Below, one piece after another: positions 40,097 to 49,494 of a stretch of DNA of 64,000 bases; position 1 is the stretch's first letter, and the number at the start of each line of letters is the position of its first letter. The stretch comes from an uncultured delta proteobacterium (GTDB lineage: Bacteria; Desulfobacterota; Desulfobaccia; Desulfobaccales; 0-14-0-80-60-11). The notes beneath the pieces were generated by a model that saw only the letters and a program-made list of their open reading frames with translations, was not told the DNA's origin and searched no databases. The translations under genes and the position numbers were made by a program. The DNA lies in NCBI GenBank assembly GCA_963709285.1, contig CAVPVR010000010.1:451570-515569 (forward strand). The letters run 5' to 3'.

Positions 40097-41098
40097 TCAA
40101 GTCCGCAGCCGGCGCTGGGCCGGGATTTTCTCGAGTAAGCGGAAAGGAGTGCGCACGGCTTCAATGGTCTCCCCAACCTGCTGAATATTGGCCTCGCGGA
40201 CGGGGCCCAACCAGCCCTCAGCTCGGGAGAGGGACACCACCCGGTGGGGGTCGATACCCATAATCCGGGCACAGGTGGCATCCACCGCCGGCAGGTTGCG
40301 GCCCATAACCAGCACTCCGGCGTACTTCGGGTCCCCCATAATGGGCCCGTCTCCTTCCATCCCCACGATCCCGTCCACAATGGCGAAATGCGGCCGTACC
40401 GTAGCAGTAATGTCAATGATGCACTCGTTAATGCCGGCCCAATGGAGGTAGTTTTTAGGCCAGCCGTAAAAGCTCCCGGGCATCAGGCCGAACAGGTTCT
40501 TCATAGACAAAGTGACCCCGGCCCAATGGTGCGTCTTGAGTTTGGCCATGGAAACGATAAAGTCAAATTCCTTGAGGCACACCGGCAAGGTCAGCGACTT
40601 CAGGCGTGAGTAACCCCCAGCGTTGGGTACGGTGTAACCACTCTCGCGATTGAGGTCTATGAAGGGAATGCCGTCCTCCCAGAGAACCTCTCCCAGCTTA
40701 GACTCATCCAGGACCCGCAAGGTGTCGGTGATGTGTCCGGGCCCTTCTGCCACCACCACCCGGGCCGCCCCCAGGGACAGGAAGGCCTCCACCGCCCCCC
40801 GCACCACTAGGGGGTGGGTGTTGATGTGCACCATCCCTGGGCTTGTTTCCACCAAGTTAGGTTTGAGGAGCACCCTTTTGCCTCGGATATCTGCCTCGGA
40901 AACTCCCAATTCCTGCAAACCGGTCCTGACCGCCTTCTTTATATCCACCTGGTAGTTGGGGACCTTCCCGATGAAAGTCTTCTCATCCCAGGTCCGAATT
41001 TTAGCTTCTTTCCAGAGGAAATAGCCGGCCGTCCCCACCACCAGGCCGCCGGCGCATATAGTCAGGAATTCTCTACGGGTAACGCCCATGTTTACCAA
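40097..41098 (-). CDS. DUF362 domain protein with a Tat-type signal
   Basis: The N-terminus TRREFLTICAGGLVVG has a twin-Arg. LLKPNLV, KLKTHHWAGVTLSMKNLFG and DGIVGMEGDGP are DUF362 hallmarks. Confidence 0.8.
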   Translation of the reverse strand: MVNMGVTRREFLTICAGGLVVGTAGYFLWKEAKIRTWDEKTFIGKVPNYQVDIKKAVRTGLQELGVSEADIRGKRVLLKPNLVETSPGMVHINTHPLVVRGAVEAFLSLGAARVVVAEGPGHITDTLRVLDESKLGEVLWEDGIPFIDLNRESGYTVPNAGGYSRLKSLTLPVCLKEFDFIVSMAKLKTHHWAGVTLSMKNLFGLMPGSFYGWPKNYLHWAGINECIIDITATVRPHFAIVDGIVGMEGDGPIMGDPKYAGVLVMGRNLPAVDATCARIMGIDPHRVVSLSRAEGWLGPVREANIQQVGETIEAVRTPFRLLEKIPAQRRLRT

Positions 41099-41129
41099 TT
41101 CCCCGGTGCTCTTGGCGGTCTTACCTGAT

Positions 41130-42011
41130 TTAGGTTTGACAAATGCTCACCAATCCACCGGTAGCCCTGGAGGCTATCAGGAGCAAAGCCAGGGAGGAGG
41201 TGTCGTAACTGCCGACTCTCTTCTGGCGGGCTAAACAGGCTTCGATCCAAGCGTCGGCTGAAGTTGGTTGCGCGCCCCAGGCACTCAGGCCCAAAAGGGC
41301 CCACCCCAGGGACCAGGGGGTTTTGAGACTGGTAGCGCTGTTCTCCAGGTAAGCAATGCTTTCCTGAACCCCAGCCCGGGTAACTTTGTGACTCAGAGCA
41401 TTGAGCACCATGCCGGTGCTTTCCGGCATGGGGTGCAGAACCTCTCCAAACACGGCGGTGTTGCCATAGTTCCACCCGCCACCGGGAATTTGCCGATCCA
41501 TGAGCATGAGCTGGGCTTCCGCCAAACGCGGATGGTCCCCATATCCCGCCACCTGTAGGGCCATTATGGCCATGGCAGTGGGCTCTGCCCAGGAGTGGGT
41601 GTCAGACCGCCAGGACCAACCCTTGATACTTGGGTCATTGCTCACTGCATCATCTGCCTTTTTTTTCCAGTGTAAACCTGAGGTGGCCAGAAGAAAGGCG
41701 GCCGCCCTATCTTGGACGGCCTTGTGCGCAGAGGATCCCTGCCAGGCCAGGACGGCCAGTGAAGTGGGCCAATAAGACTCTGGATGATCAGGGGAGATGC
41801 TCACCCGGCCATCACCAAGCTGCTCAGCGGCCAGGCGCTGACGTGCCGCTTCTATAAGTTCCGGCCCAGCACCCAGGGCAGAGAAAGCAATAACAGCCCA
41901 GGCGGTCGAGTCAGTCCGGAAGTCTCCTCCCTGCTGGATGGCAAAGCCTCCGCCAGAAAGGGCTCGATCCTGCACCTGCTCGATTGCCTTAAATATGTGT
42001 GGCCTAAGCAT
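41130..42011 (-). CDS. Prenyltransferase/squalene-oxidase repeat (alpha-alpha toroid) protein
   Basis: 293 aa with repeated GGF/GGW...W motifs (SGGGFAIQQGG, IPGGGWNYG) typical of terpenoid-cyclase/prenyltransferase repeats. Confidence 0.65.
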   Translation of the reverse strand: MLRPHIFKAIEQVQDRALSGGGFAIQQGGDFRTDSTAWAVIAFSALGAGPELIEAARQRLAAEQLGDGRVSISPDHPESYWPTSLAVLAWQGSSAHKAVQDRAAAFLLATSGLHWKKKADDAVSNDPSIKGWSWRSDTHSWAEPTAMAIMALQVAGYGDHPRLAEAQLMLMDRQIPGGGWNYGNTAVFGEVLHPMPESTGMVLNALSHKVTRAGVQESIAYLENSATSLKTPWSLGWALLGLSAWGAQPTSADAWIEACLARQKRVGSYDTSSLALLLIASRATGGLVSICQT

Positions 42012-42736
42012 GTTCCCCCACCCCCCAATACATCATCTTTTGGGGAAGCAGGGCCTCCCCCCTGATGGAGAAACCGTTTTAGGATATCCAGAATTTCAGA
42101 ATTTTACCCTACCTTAATACGACTTGTGGAAAAAGGCAATTTGCCCTGAAATAAAAATGAGTTTTTCTCTTGAGCAATGTTCGCTGCAAGAAGTGGGGAA
42201 ACCAAGACCCTTAGCCCATATAAAAGTCAGACAAGGACCTGGGGCTCGGAGGTTGGGCAAAAGGAACTTTCAGGAGTAAGACCGCTGTTCATCGGCCAGA
42301 TTTTAGTGGGGACGGGTGTGGAGATTGGCAACAGCACTGATCTATACGTACACCGCGTACACAAAAGCCCGCACGTCCAGTAAATTCGCCGGTTGATAGC
42401 TCGCCCCCGGGAGTGACGGAGGCCTGGAGCAAAACAACCAAAATCTGAGACCAAGATCCCGACCAAGTCCGAAATCCAAGGTCTGATCTTATTGGTACCC
42501 AAGAAAATTATTCTCCGACAGGGAATTCTCTTTTTTATCAATAGATAAAATAGCTGAATTCCTTATTTTACACCGCTAAAAGCGCTTAAAATCTCACTTT
42601 TGACGTTGGTCTGGACCTTGCAAAATGAACCTCATAGCTTTGCCATATCATGAACTTTCTCGAGAGTTGCCGGGTCTAAGACACTCCCGGAGAATTATTG
42701 CAAGCCTCAGTTGTAAGGGAGAAAAGGGCAAGCGAC

Positions 42737-44248
42737 ATGAGCGAGAAAAAATCTGGAAAATACCTGCATTCACCTGACTCAGGAAAGCAGGGAGAATCCA
42801 ATAAGATAAACGACTTATCCGAAGACCTGGAATATCAGGGCAGCTTGGTGGCGTCGGCCATCCGCTGTCGAAGTTTGGGTTGGCGTCTAGCTGCCGTGGA
42901 CGCTCGGGAACTGGTCGACCTGGAGGTGAATTTCGCAGAACCCGTGGAACTCTGGTTGCGGCAATGCAGCTTGGCAGGACCGCTTCTGGGTCGGGTGAAT
43001 CTGGGGGTGCACACCGGGTCAGCTTCCCAGCTAATGGTTCTGGAGGTGGGGACCAGCGAGGGGGAATCTGCTCTGGACCACTGCGGCAGCTGGCGCTCGT
43101 CTTGCCGAGCCCGGGTGAACGGGCGGGAACAACATTATTTCACCCTTCCCTCTGGGGATGAACCACCTCCCACAAGGTTTTTGATGACCGCCCAAGTAAT
43201 GGTGTATGGTGAGGAGGGACTGGCTCCCCTGCCTCCTTCGGTGGACGTCAAGATTCAGGAATCCTGGCGCTGGTCGAGCCCCCCCTGGGAATACCCGCCA
43301 CCGGAACCGTCTCCATCCCTGTGGGCTTTCCTCAAACAGCATCTGTCCTCGGCCCCGAGGCCAGAAACGGAACCGGAGATGCCTTCCTGGGATGAGGTAT
43401 ACCGCCGCATCACTCCCCATGAACAGCTGCTGAAGGCCTTGCTGGCCCCTTTCGGCACTCTCAAGGAACACTACCAGGACCTCCTAAAAACGGCCCTGGA
43501 AGCAGGTTTTCAGGACCGAGGCTTTCTCTTGGGACTCCTCTGGCATGCCCCGCAGGGGGACGTTTCAACAAATCCTGAGCGTGGCGCCCAACTCAAGCGT
43601 ATGGTAGAAGAGGCCAAGCTTGGCTTTTCCCGTGACGCTAAATCCCTCACCTCACAGGGCCCAGGGAAGAAAAAACCAGAAGAGAGCGTCCTGGTAAGCC
43701 GCTCCCGCTTTGAGGGAATCCTCGGCGACCTGAGAATGCTCATGCAAAAGGCGGCGGAGCTGGAGGCCGTAATGCTGGACTGGGGAAAAACCTTGACCGC
43801 TGGCCAAACCACGGCGTCACTTGGTGCTGAGGGTCCCTTTCAGGGTTTTCGGGGTCATTCTTCAGTCCCCCAGGACGATTATAAGCCAGATGAGGAGCTC
43901 CGCATGGCCGTAGATGAAAAACTGATCCAGGGAGGCCAAGCTTCAAATCCTTCCAGCAACCCTCACTACCATGAGGATGACCGCAGTAGTTGCCGCTTCC
44001 ACTATAGCGAACTGCACCAGAAGGACCCGTCGGTAAATCCCCCGGATGCAGTTGAGGCAATGCTAAGCGCTTGTCTGCAAAAGAACTCCGACCTGGCCGG
44101 CGATCCTTTTAAGCTCCAGATGGTGGAATATTGTTTCAAAAATTACGTGAACATCGATCCTGAGCTGTCAGATCTTAGCCTTCAGGAAAGATTGGAACGG
44201 GCCAGCCAGATGGCCAGGGAATTTCTGGGAAGACGGGGACAAGCATAA
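42737..44248 (+). CDS. Uncharacterised protein with a degenerate primase-polymerase (Prim-Pol)-like N-terminal domain, paralog 1
   Basis: RSLGWRLAAV...NLGVHTGSASQLMVLEVG...GREQHYFTLP...VMVYGEEGLAPLPPS...WRW follows the Prim-Pol pattern (GW.V.P / NIGI.TG..SGL.VLDVD / GG.H.YF / D.RG.GGY.V.PPS...Y.W), but the D.D is replaced by E.G. It is paralogous to 45781..47307. The ATG at 42737 has a better RBS than the ORF-track start at 42698. Confidence 0.6.
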   Translation: MSEKKSGKYLHSPDSGKQGESNKINDLSEDLEYQGSLVASAIRCRSLGWRLAAVDARELVDLEVNFAEPVELWLRQCSLAGPLLGRVNLGVHTGSASQLMVLEVGTSEGESALDHCGSWRSSCRARVNGREQHYFTLPSGDEPPPTRFLMTAQVMVYGEEGLAPLPPSVDVKIQESWRWSSPPWEYPPPEPSPSLWAFLKQHLSSAPRPETEPEMPSWDEVYRRITPHEQLLKALLAPFGTLKEHYQDLLKTALEAGFQDRGFLLGLLWHAPQGDVSTNPERGAQLKRMVEEAKLGFSRDAKSLTSQGPGKKKPEESVLVSRSRFEGILGDLRMLMQKAAELEAVMLDWGKTLTAGQTTASLGAEGPFQGFRGHSSVPQDDYKPDEELRMAVDEKLIQGGQASNPSSNPHYHEDDRSSCRFHYSELHQKDPSVNPPDAVEAMLSACLQKNSDLAGDPFKLQMVEYCFKNYVNIDPELSDLSLQERLERASQMAREFLGRRGQA

Positions 44249-44501
44249 GCAGAAGAATTTACGACAAATGATTGCTAAAAATAAAAAAACATGTGCTGCT
44301 GCGGCTTATAAAAACATTATTCTTGTTTATTAAAAATATATAAATATTTCTTGAAATTTAAGGTTACAGCAAATTTAGCTCGTTTCTCAAAAACAAAAAC
44401 CCCCAGCTTTCTTGCCAGAATTCTTCTTACCCGCAACTTCATTGCTGAAGTTGCGCAATTCTTTCAGAAATTGGGCCCGTTCCTGGGCCAGGATGATTCC
44501 T

Positions 44502-45461
44502 TTAATAAGCGGGAACCGGTTTCAATTGGGGAGTGACGGCACTGGTCAACCGGGAGGAAAACAAAAAGGCCCGGGCCATCTGTTTCAGAGCCGATCCGGC
44601 CTGGCTCTGCTTTTTGTAAAGAGCCTGGGGGGACATCTGATTGATGGCAATTTCCACGGCCGGGTCAAAGGGCAGGTGCCCCAGCATCTGAGGTTCCACG
44701 CTTAAGAAGTCTGCACAGACAGACTTGATGATCTGGACCGATCTCAGATCCTGGTCGCTCTTCACCATATTTACCACCAGGTACATTTGGAACTCATTTA
44801 AAACCCTGGTGAGCCGTGCCAAGCGCTCTGCTCCCGTAGATGCGAAGTGGGTGATAAGATCCTGAATGGACTGGATGTTGCCGCCGCCTTCTTTACTTCC
44901 CATCTGGTAAATGAGAGTTGTCGTTTCCACATCTCCCGCGAATTCCCGGGAAAGCTTCCGGAACAAGGCGCTCTTAATGAAGCCATAGACATTCTGCAGG
45001 GAGGTGACCTGACCAGTGAGCACGGCGATCTTCCCGGGAGAATGATTAAATAAGTCCAGGGTGTTGAAAGAGGTGCCGGCCCCCAGGTCCAGGAGGACGA
45101 AATCGGCCTCCAACTCTTCGATTTGCTTTACTAACCGGAGCTTTTGGGAATAGGTGGGGTTGGCCGAGCCCAGGATGTCATCCGCCCCGGATATAAGACT
45201 GATGTTCTCAATTTGGGTGGGGATTATCGTATCTTCAAGACGCGACACCCGGCGCAGGAGGAAATCCTCCAAGGTGATTTCCGGATAGCGCAATCCGAGG
45301 AGTGTATGGAGATTGGCGCCTCCCAGGTCGCCGTCCATGAGGATGACTTTTTTCCCCAATTCGGCCAGACAGACACCCAGGCCCAGGGTCACAACGCTTT
45401 TGCCGACTCCACCTTTGCCACCACCAACACTCCAAAGCTTAACTTTTGATTGGTCAAGCAT
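44502..45461 (-). CDS. MinD/ParA/FlhG-family P-loop ATPase
   Basis: Deviant Walker A GGGKGGVGKS, MDGDLGGAN and LLDLGAG (Walker B-like). Confidence 0.85.
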   Translation of the reverse strand: MLDQSKVKLWSVGGGKGGVGKSVVTLGLGVCLAELGKKVILMDGDLGGANLHTLLGLRYPEITLEDFLLRRVSRLEDTIIPTQIENISLISGADDILGSANPTYSQKLRLVKQIEELEADFVLLDLGAGTSFNTLDLFNHSPGKIAVLTGQVTSLQNVYGFIKSALFRKLSREFAGDVETTTLIYQMGSKEGGGNIQSIQDLITHFASTGAERLARLTRVLNEFQMYLVVNMVKSDQDLRSVQIIKSVCADFLSVEPQMLGHLPFDPAVEIAINQMSPQALYKKQSQAGSALKQMARAFLFSSRLTSAVTPQLKPVPAY

Positions 45462-45500
45462 AGATCCTCCCCCAATCTCTCAGATAGGTTGGCTGTTTAA

Positions 45501-45791
45501 TTATCTTTCTGAACGTAGTTCTAGGTATTTCTTCAACGCCAGAATGCCGGCCCCGATGACCACCAAGATGGCCCCGATGCGGGCTTGTAAAATCCCAGAG
45601 CCTAAGATTTGAAAGACGGCACCGGTGATAAACAGCCCCACTCCCAAGAGGTTCCATCCCTTGACATACTCAGAAGCACCATCCTCCTTCTGGGCTTTGT
45701 CCCACCGGTCCCACAGATTCTTGACATCCTTAGGTTGAGATTTCCCAGCCGTGTCGTTCTCCAGTTGGGTGATTGTCTCTTTAGGCTCCAT
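45501..45791 (-). CDS. Small two-TM membrane protein
   Basis: 96 aa, hydrophilic N-terminus and two hydrophobic helices. It overlaps the upstream gene by 11 nt. Confidence 0.5.
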   Translation of the reverse strand: MEPKETITQLENDTAGKSQPKDVKNLWDRWDKAQKEDGASEYVKGWNLLGVGLFITGAVFQILGSGILQARIGAILVVIGAGILALKKYLELRSER

Positions 45792-47307
45792 GTGCCATGT
45801 TCCTCCTCTTCATCTTCATCTCTGGAACTTTCGGGCCCTCCTTCGGGAACACCTGGGTCAAAAATTCACGGGCCATTTTTCCAGCCATTTCCAGCTTGTC
45901 TCCCAACGGCAGGCTGTTGAGCTCCGGGTTGAGGTCAATATAGTTCCGTAGACAAAACTGCAACATTTGTACCGACTCAGGGTCAGCAGCCAGATCAGCA
46001 TTGCTTTTGAGGAATTCCTGCACCACAGTCTTAAGACTCGACAAAGGCTGGGGTCGGTGGTCGGGAGGCGGGGCCCCCACCGGGGCATCAAAGGGGAATC
46101 CCCTGGGCCCTAACCCCGGTGACTGGAGTATTGCCGCTGACCCCGCTGGCGGGGCCGGCTGCCTCTCTTGGGAGCGCTGTTCCCATTCCGCCAAGCGCCG
46201 CTGCAGGTCCTCGGCCTTGGCGGTAAGTTCCGCCAGTTCATAGATCATGCTTTCATAGCGGCTGCGGTCCAGCACAACCCGGTTTTCCATGAACTCCACC
46301 AGGTCATTTGCCGGAGGCTGGGATTCCTCAGGCGAGTCAGGCTTTCCTGATGTCGTTTTCTGGGGTGTGGTAACCGCTGAAGAAACTCGTTCTGGAATTC
46401 CTTGGGTCTCTCCCTCCCCGTGGTGTGCCGCAGCAGTTAGCTCCCGGATGTAGGCCAGCCTTTCCGGGGAGGTGTGGGCGTCCCCCTGGGGGGCATGCCA
46501 CAAGAGGGCAAAGAGCACCGCCGGGTCTGTGACCCCCGCCTGCTGGGCCTGGTTCGCCAAGTCCCGGTAATAGGCCGCCACCGAAACCACTGGTGTCAGG
46601 AGGGTCCGCAGGAGCCCCTCGTGGGGGGCAATAAGGGTATAGACCTGGTCCCAGGGCAGTACTCCCGCTGCGGGGTCACTTTCTTCTACTTCCTGGAGCA
46701 GCCCGTATTCTTCCAGAAACTCCCATACCGGCGCTCCGGGCGTATCAGGAGGAAGTTCCCAGGGGGGGGCCACCCAGGTCCAGATGAGGCCATCGTTATT
46801 AAACCTGGAGGGAGGAGCCAAAACCAAACCCCCCTGGCCGTAAATCCGAACCTGAAAATTTTCCACCTCCCCGGACACCGGCACCCGGGAAGCAGGCGGC
46901 AGAATAAAAAAGTGTTGTTCCCAGTCTTCTCCGGCCTGGGCCCGGCAGGCAGAACGCCACTCTCCGAAGGTGTCCAAAAGTGTCTCACCCCGGGGGGTCT
47001 CCAGCACCAGAAGCCTTGAAGCCAGGCCGGTCCTGATCCCCAGACCCACCTCCACTCCCGCCAGGGCCAGGGTCATGAGACGCTCCCCCCATACTTCCGA
47101 GGACTGGCTGAAGTCCAGGGTCATTGCTCCTTCTCCCCGGGCTTCCAGGACCCAACCCAGTTCCCGGTAGCGGTCGGCGTGCTGGATGAGCACTTCGCTC
47201 TGCTCGAGGCTGTCCCGCAAGTGAAAGATGCGCCCCAGCTCTTCCTGGCCGATGCGAACCTGGAAGTCTTTGGGGGCTTCTTTGCCGTTGTCGGGGAAGG
47301 CGCTCAT
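45781..47307 (-). CDS. Uncharacterised protein with a degenerate Prim-Pol-like N-terminal domain, paralog 2 (inside the tad operon)
   Basis: RELGWVLEAR...GLGIRTGLASRLLVLETP...WEQHFFILP...VRIYGQGGLVLAPPS...WTW. The middle (LLWHAPQGD) and C-terminal (MAREFL) blocks are shared with paralog 1. Good RBS (AAAGGAGAGG). Confidence 0.6.
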   Translation of the reverse strand: MSAFPDNGKEAPKDFQVRIGQEELGRIFHLRDSLEQSEVLIQHADRYRELGWVLEARGEGAMTLDFSQSSEVWGERLMTLALAGVEVGLGIRTGLASRLLVLETPRGETLLDTFGEWRSACRAQAGEDWEQHFFILPPASRVPVSGEVENFQVRIYGQGGLVLAPPSRFNNDGLIWTWVAPPWELPPDTPGAPVWEFLEEYGLLQEVEESDPAAGVLPWDQVYTLIAPHEGLLRTLLTPVVSVAAYYRDLANQAQQAGVTDPAVLFALLWHAPQGDAHTSPERLAYIRELTAAAHHGEGETQGIPERVSSAVTTPQKTTSGKPDSPEESQPPANDLVEFMENRVVLDRSRYESMIYELAELTAKAEDLQRRLAEWEQRSQERQPAPPAGSAAILQSPGLGPRGFPFDAPVGAPPPDHRPQPLSSLKTVVQEFLKSNADLAADPESVQMLQFCLRNYIDLNPELNSLPLGDKLEMAGKMAREFLTQVFPKEGPKVPEMKMKRRNMAHGA

Positions 47308-47350
47308 GAGCCTCTCCTTTGGTTATGCCTTACTGCACCAGGTTTATGCC

Positions 47351-48424
47351 TTACTGCACCAGTTTGGGAAGGCTGGCCCGCAGGGCCACGCTGGAGCCGC
47401 CGCTGGGGGTCCCCGTTTCGCCGTTGGGACAAATGTAGCCGCCCCTGATCCAGCCAGCAACGGTTTTTTCCTTCTTATCCACCTCTACAATTTCGAAGGC
47501 CACAAAACCCTGCACCTCCCGCGACTGGTTATAGGTCGTCGACCCGGGCACCACCGGCAGAACGACTGTCCAATCGCCGTTGTGCACATTGTAGAACTCG
47601 TTTTGCATATGTTTCAGCACGGAATCGGCCACCCCGTTTTGCATCTCGATGTATTCGCCGCACCTAATGGACAGATCGTCGGGATTGATATCCCCTCTGT
47701 CCTTCCAGGTGCCGTCGATGAGGTCCTCGAGGAGGTTAGCACTGCAATTATTGAGTTTAAAGGCGTGCCAGCCGCCGGTGTCCGAGGTGTCGGGGTTGAA
47801 GGTCACCCACATTTTTTGACCCACCGGCGGCACATAGGTGTCGCCCACGGCAATGGGGAACCCCCCGCCCGGTCGCAGGTTCCGTACCCAGCCCAACAAG
47901 GCGGTGGCCTGGCCGGTGAGCTCCACGCTGTCGAGGCCCAAGAAACTGGCGAACCACAGGTTAACGGGGCCGTTCCAGTCATTGCTGCGGCGGGTGGTCA
48001 CCCGGACGGCATTGAGGGTGTAGGAGTTGGCGGCGTCGCAGGGCAGTGACTGAAATTCCCAGGCGTTACTGGCGGCGCTGTATTGCCAGACCCCCACCTC
48101 GACATCCGCAGTGGAGATCAACAGTGGTTGGCCGTCAGACCTGTTTTGCTGGACGACCTCCATCGCCTTGAGATGGGCGTAAGCGCAGTTCAGCAGGTCT
48201 TTGGCATCTTGGGGTTGGGCGCCGTTGCCCAGCCAGTACAGGGACATGGCGCCGGCGTCGGCCCCGGCGTCCGCGGCGTTCTGGAGTTCCTGCCTCACCA
48301 CGTAGAGGTGGCCCAGGTCGATCACCAGCCCGGTCATGGCGAGGAGCATGAATATGGAAACCGCCACAAAAACCGCGGTGGCCCCACGGGTGTCCCGGCG
48401 GAAGTTCGAAAGCCACGTTTTCAT
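47351..48424 (-). CDS. TadG-like (TadE/G N-terminal domain) pilus-associated protein, operon copy
   Basis: 357 aa with the same leader-like N-terminus as 23935..25053. Confidence 0.75.
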   Translation of the reverse strand: MKTWLSNFRRDTRGATAVFVAVSIFMLLAMTGLVIDLGHLYVVRQELQNAADAGADAGAMSLYWLGNGAQPQDAKDLLNCAYAHLKAMEVVQQNRSDGQPLLISTADVEVGVWQYSAASNAWEFQSLPCDAANSYTLNAVRVTTRRSNDWNGPVNLWFASFLGLDSVELTGQATALLGWVRNLRPGGGFPIAVGDTYVPPVGQKMWVTFNPDTSDTGGWHAFKLNNCSANLLEDLIDGTWKDRGDINPDDLSIRCGEYIEMQNGVADSVLKHMQNEFYNVHNGDWTVVLPVVPGSTTYNQSREVQGFVAFEIVEVDKKEKTVAGWIRGGYICPNGETGTPSGGSSVALRASLPKLVQ

Positions 48425-48514
48425 TCCTCTACCTCCATGAGTCCCGGCAGGGTTATTTCAGGCTTTGCAGCCGCCGCCCAGCCTTTTTCCCAAACTGCCG
48501 GGGTCCCAGGGAGG

Positions 48515-49480
48515 CTAGATGGCGTCTTTTTTGGTTTCCTGCAGTTTTTCCAGGGCCTTTTGCAGGTTAACCTTGGCCTCATGGTAGAAGGTGGGCCTCA
48601 GGTCCAGGGCCTTCTGGAAACACTTGGCTGCGTCCTCGTAACGTCCCTCTAGATAATAGTGAACGCCGATGTTGTTATATGCCTGGGCCTCGTCACCCCC
48701 TTTGCGAAAGGCGTCGAAGGCCTCGTTGTACCGTTTGAGCCCGGCCAGGGCCATCCCCATCTGCAGGTTGACCTTCTTGCCCTTGGGATCTAGACTCTGG
48801 CCCTGTTTCAAATAAAGGAGCGCCCGGTTGTAATCCTTGAGCTTCAGGTGCGCCTCACCCAGGCTAACCAGGAGAGCCACGTTTTTCCGGTTCAGGGACG
48901 CTGCTTTTTCCATGACCCGGATGGCCTCCCTGGGTTTGTCGTCTGCCAAGTAGGCGATCCCCAGGAGATGGCGCGTCTTGACTCTGCTCCTATCCTGGCT
49001 CATCACCTCCCGGAAGATGCTGATTGCCTGGGGATACTGCTTCTCCTCGAAGTATGTCAAACCCAAGGCTTCTTTGGCCTCCAGCATGTCCGGTTGGGCA
49101 GCCAGCACTGTTTTCAGTTCCTGGCGGGCGCCCTGCAACTGACCATTGAGCAGCAGGATTACCCCCACCTTGTACCTGATGTCATGACGCTCAGGATTTT
49201 CCTTAAGCAACTGCAAATAATGCACCAAAGAGCCATCAAATTGCCGTCTTTCTAACAGCAAATCTCCTAATGCTTCCCGGCGCTCCGGGGTCAACTCTTC
49301 CTTGGCCCCAGGGTAGGGCTTGGTTGACACCGGATCGTAGGCCTCTTGCAGTTTGGCGACATCTTTCGGCTTCAGGGGCTTGACTTGCAAGTTCCCCTTT
49401 GTGCGCGAACAATGGCTCCCCAACACCACCAAGGCCGCCAATAACAGTAGGCTTACCCCGACACGACCGACTGACTGCAT
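48515..49480 (-). CDS. tadD: TPR-repeat protein, TadD-like
   Basis: 321 aa, a signal peptide and multiple TPR units. Its position downstream of tadC is as in tad loci. Confidence 0.7.
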   Translation of the reverse strand: MQSVGRVGVSLLLLAALVVLGSHCSRTKGNLQVKPLKPKDVAKLQEAYDPVSTKPYPGAKEELTPERREALGDLLLERRQFDGSLVHYLQLLKENPERHDIRYKVGVILLLNGQLQGARQELKTVLAAQPDMLEAKEALGLTYFEEKQYPQAISIFREVMSQDRSRVKTRHLLGIAYLADDKPREAIRVMEKAASLNRKNVALLVSLGEAHLKLKDYNRALLYLKQGQSLDPKGKKVNLQMGMALAGLKRYNEAFDAFRKGGDEAQAYNNIGVHYYLEGRYEDAAKCFQKALDLRPTFYHEAKVNLQKALEKLQETKKDAI

Positions 49481-49494
49481 GGCAAAGTCCCTCC

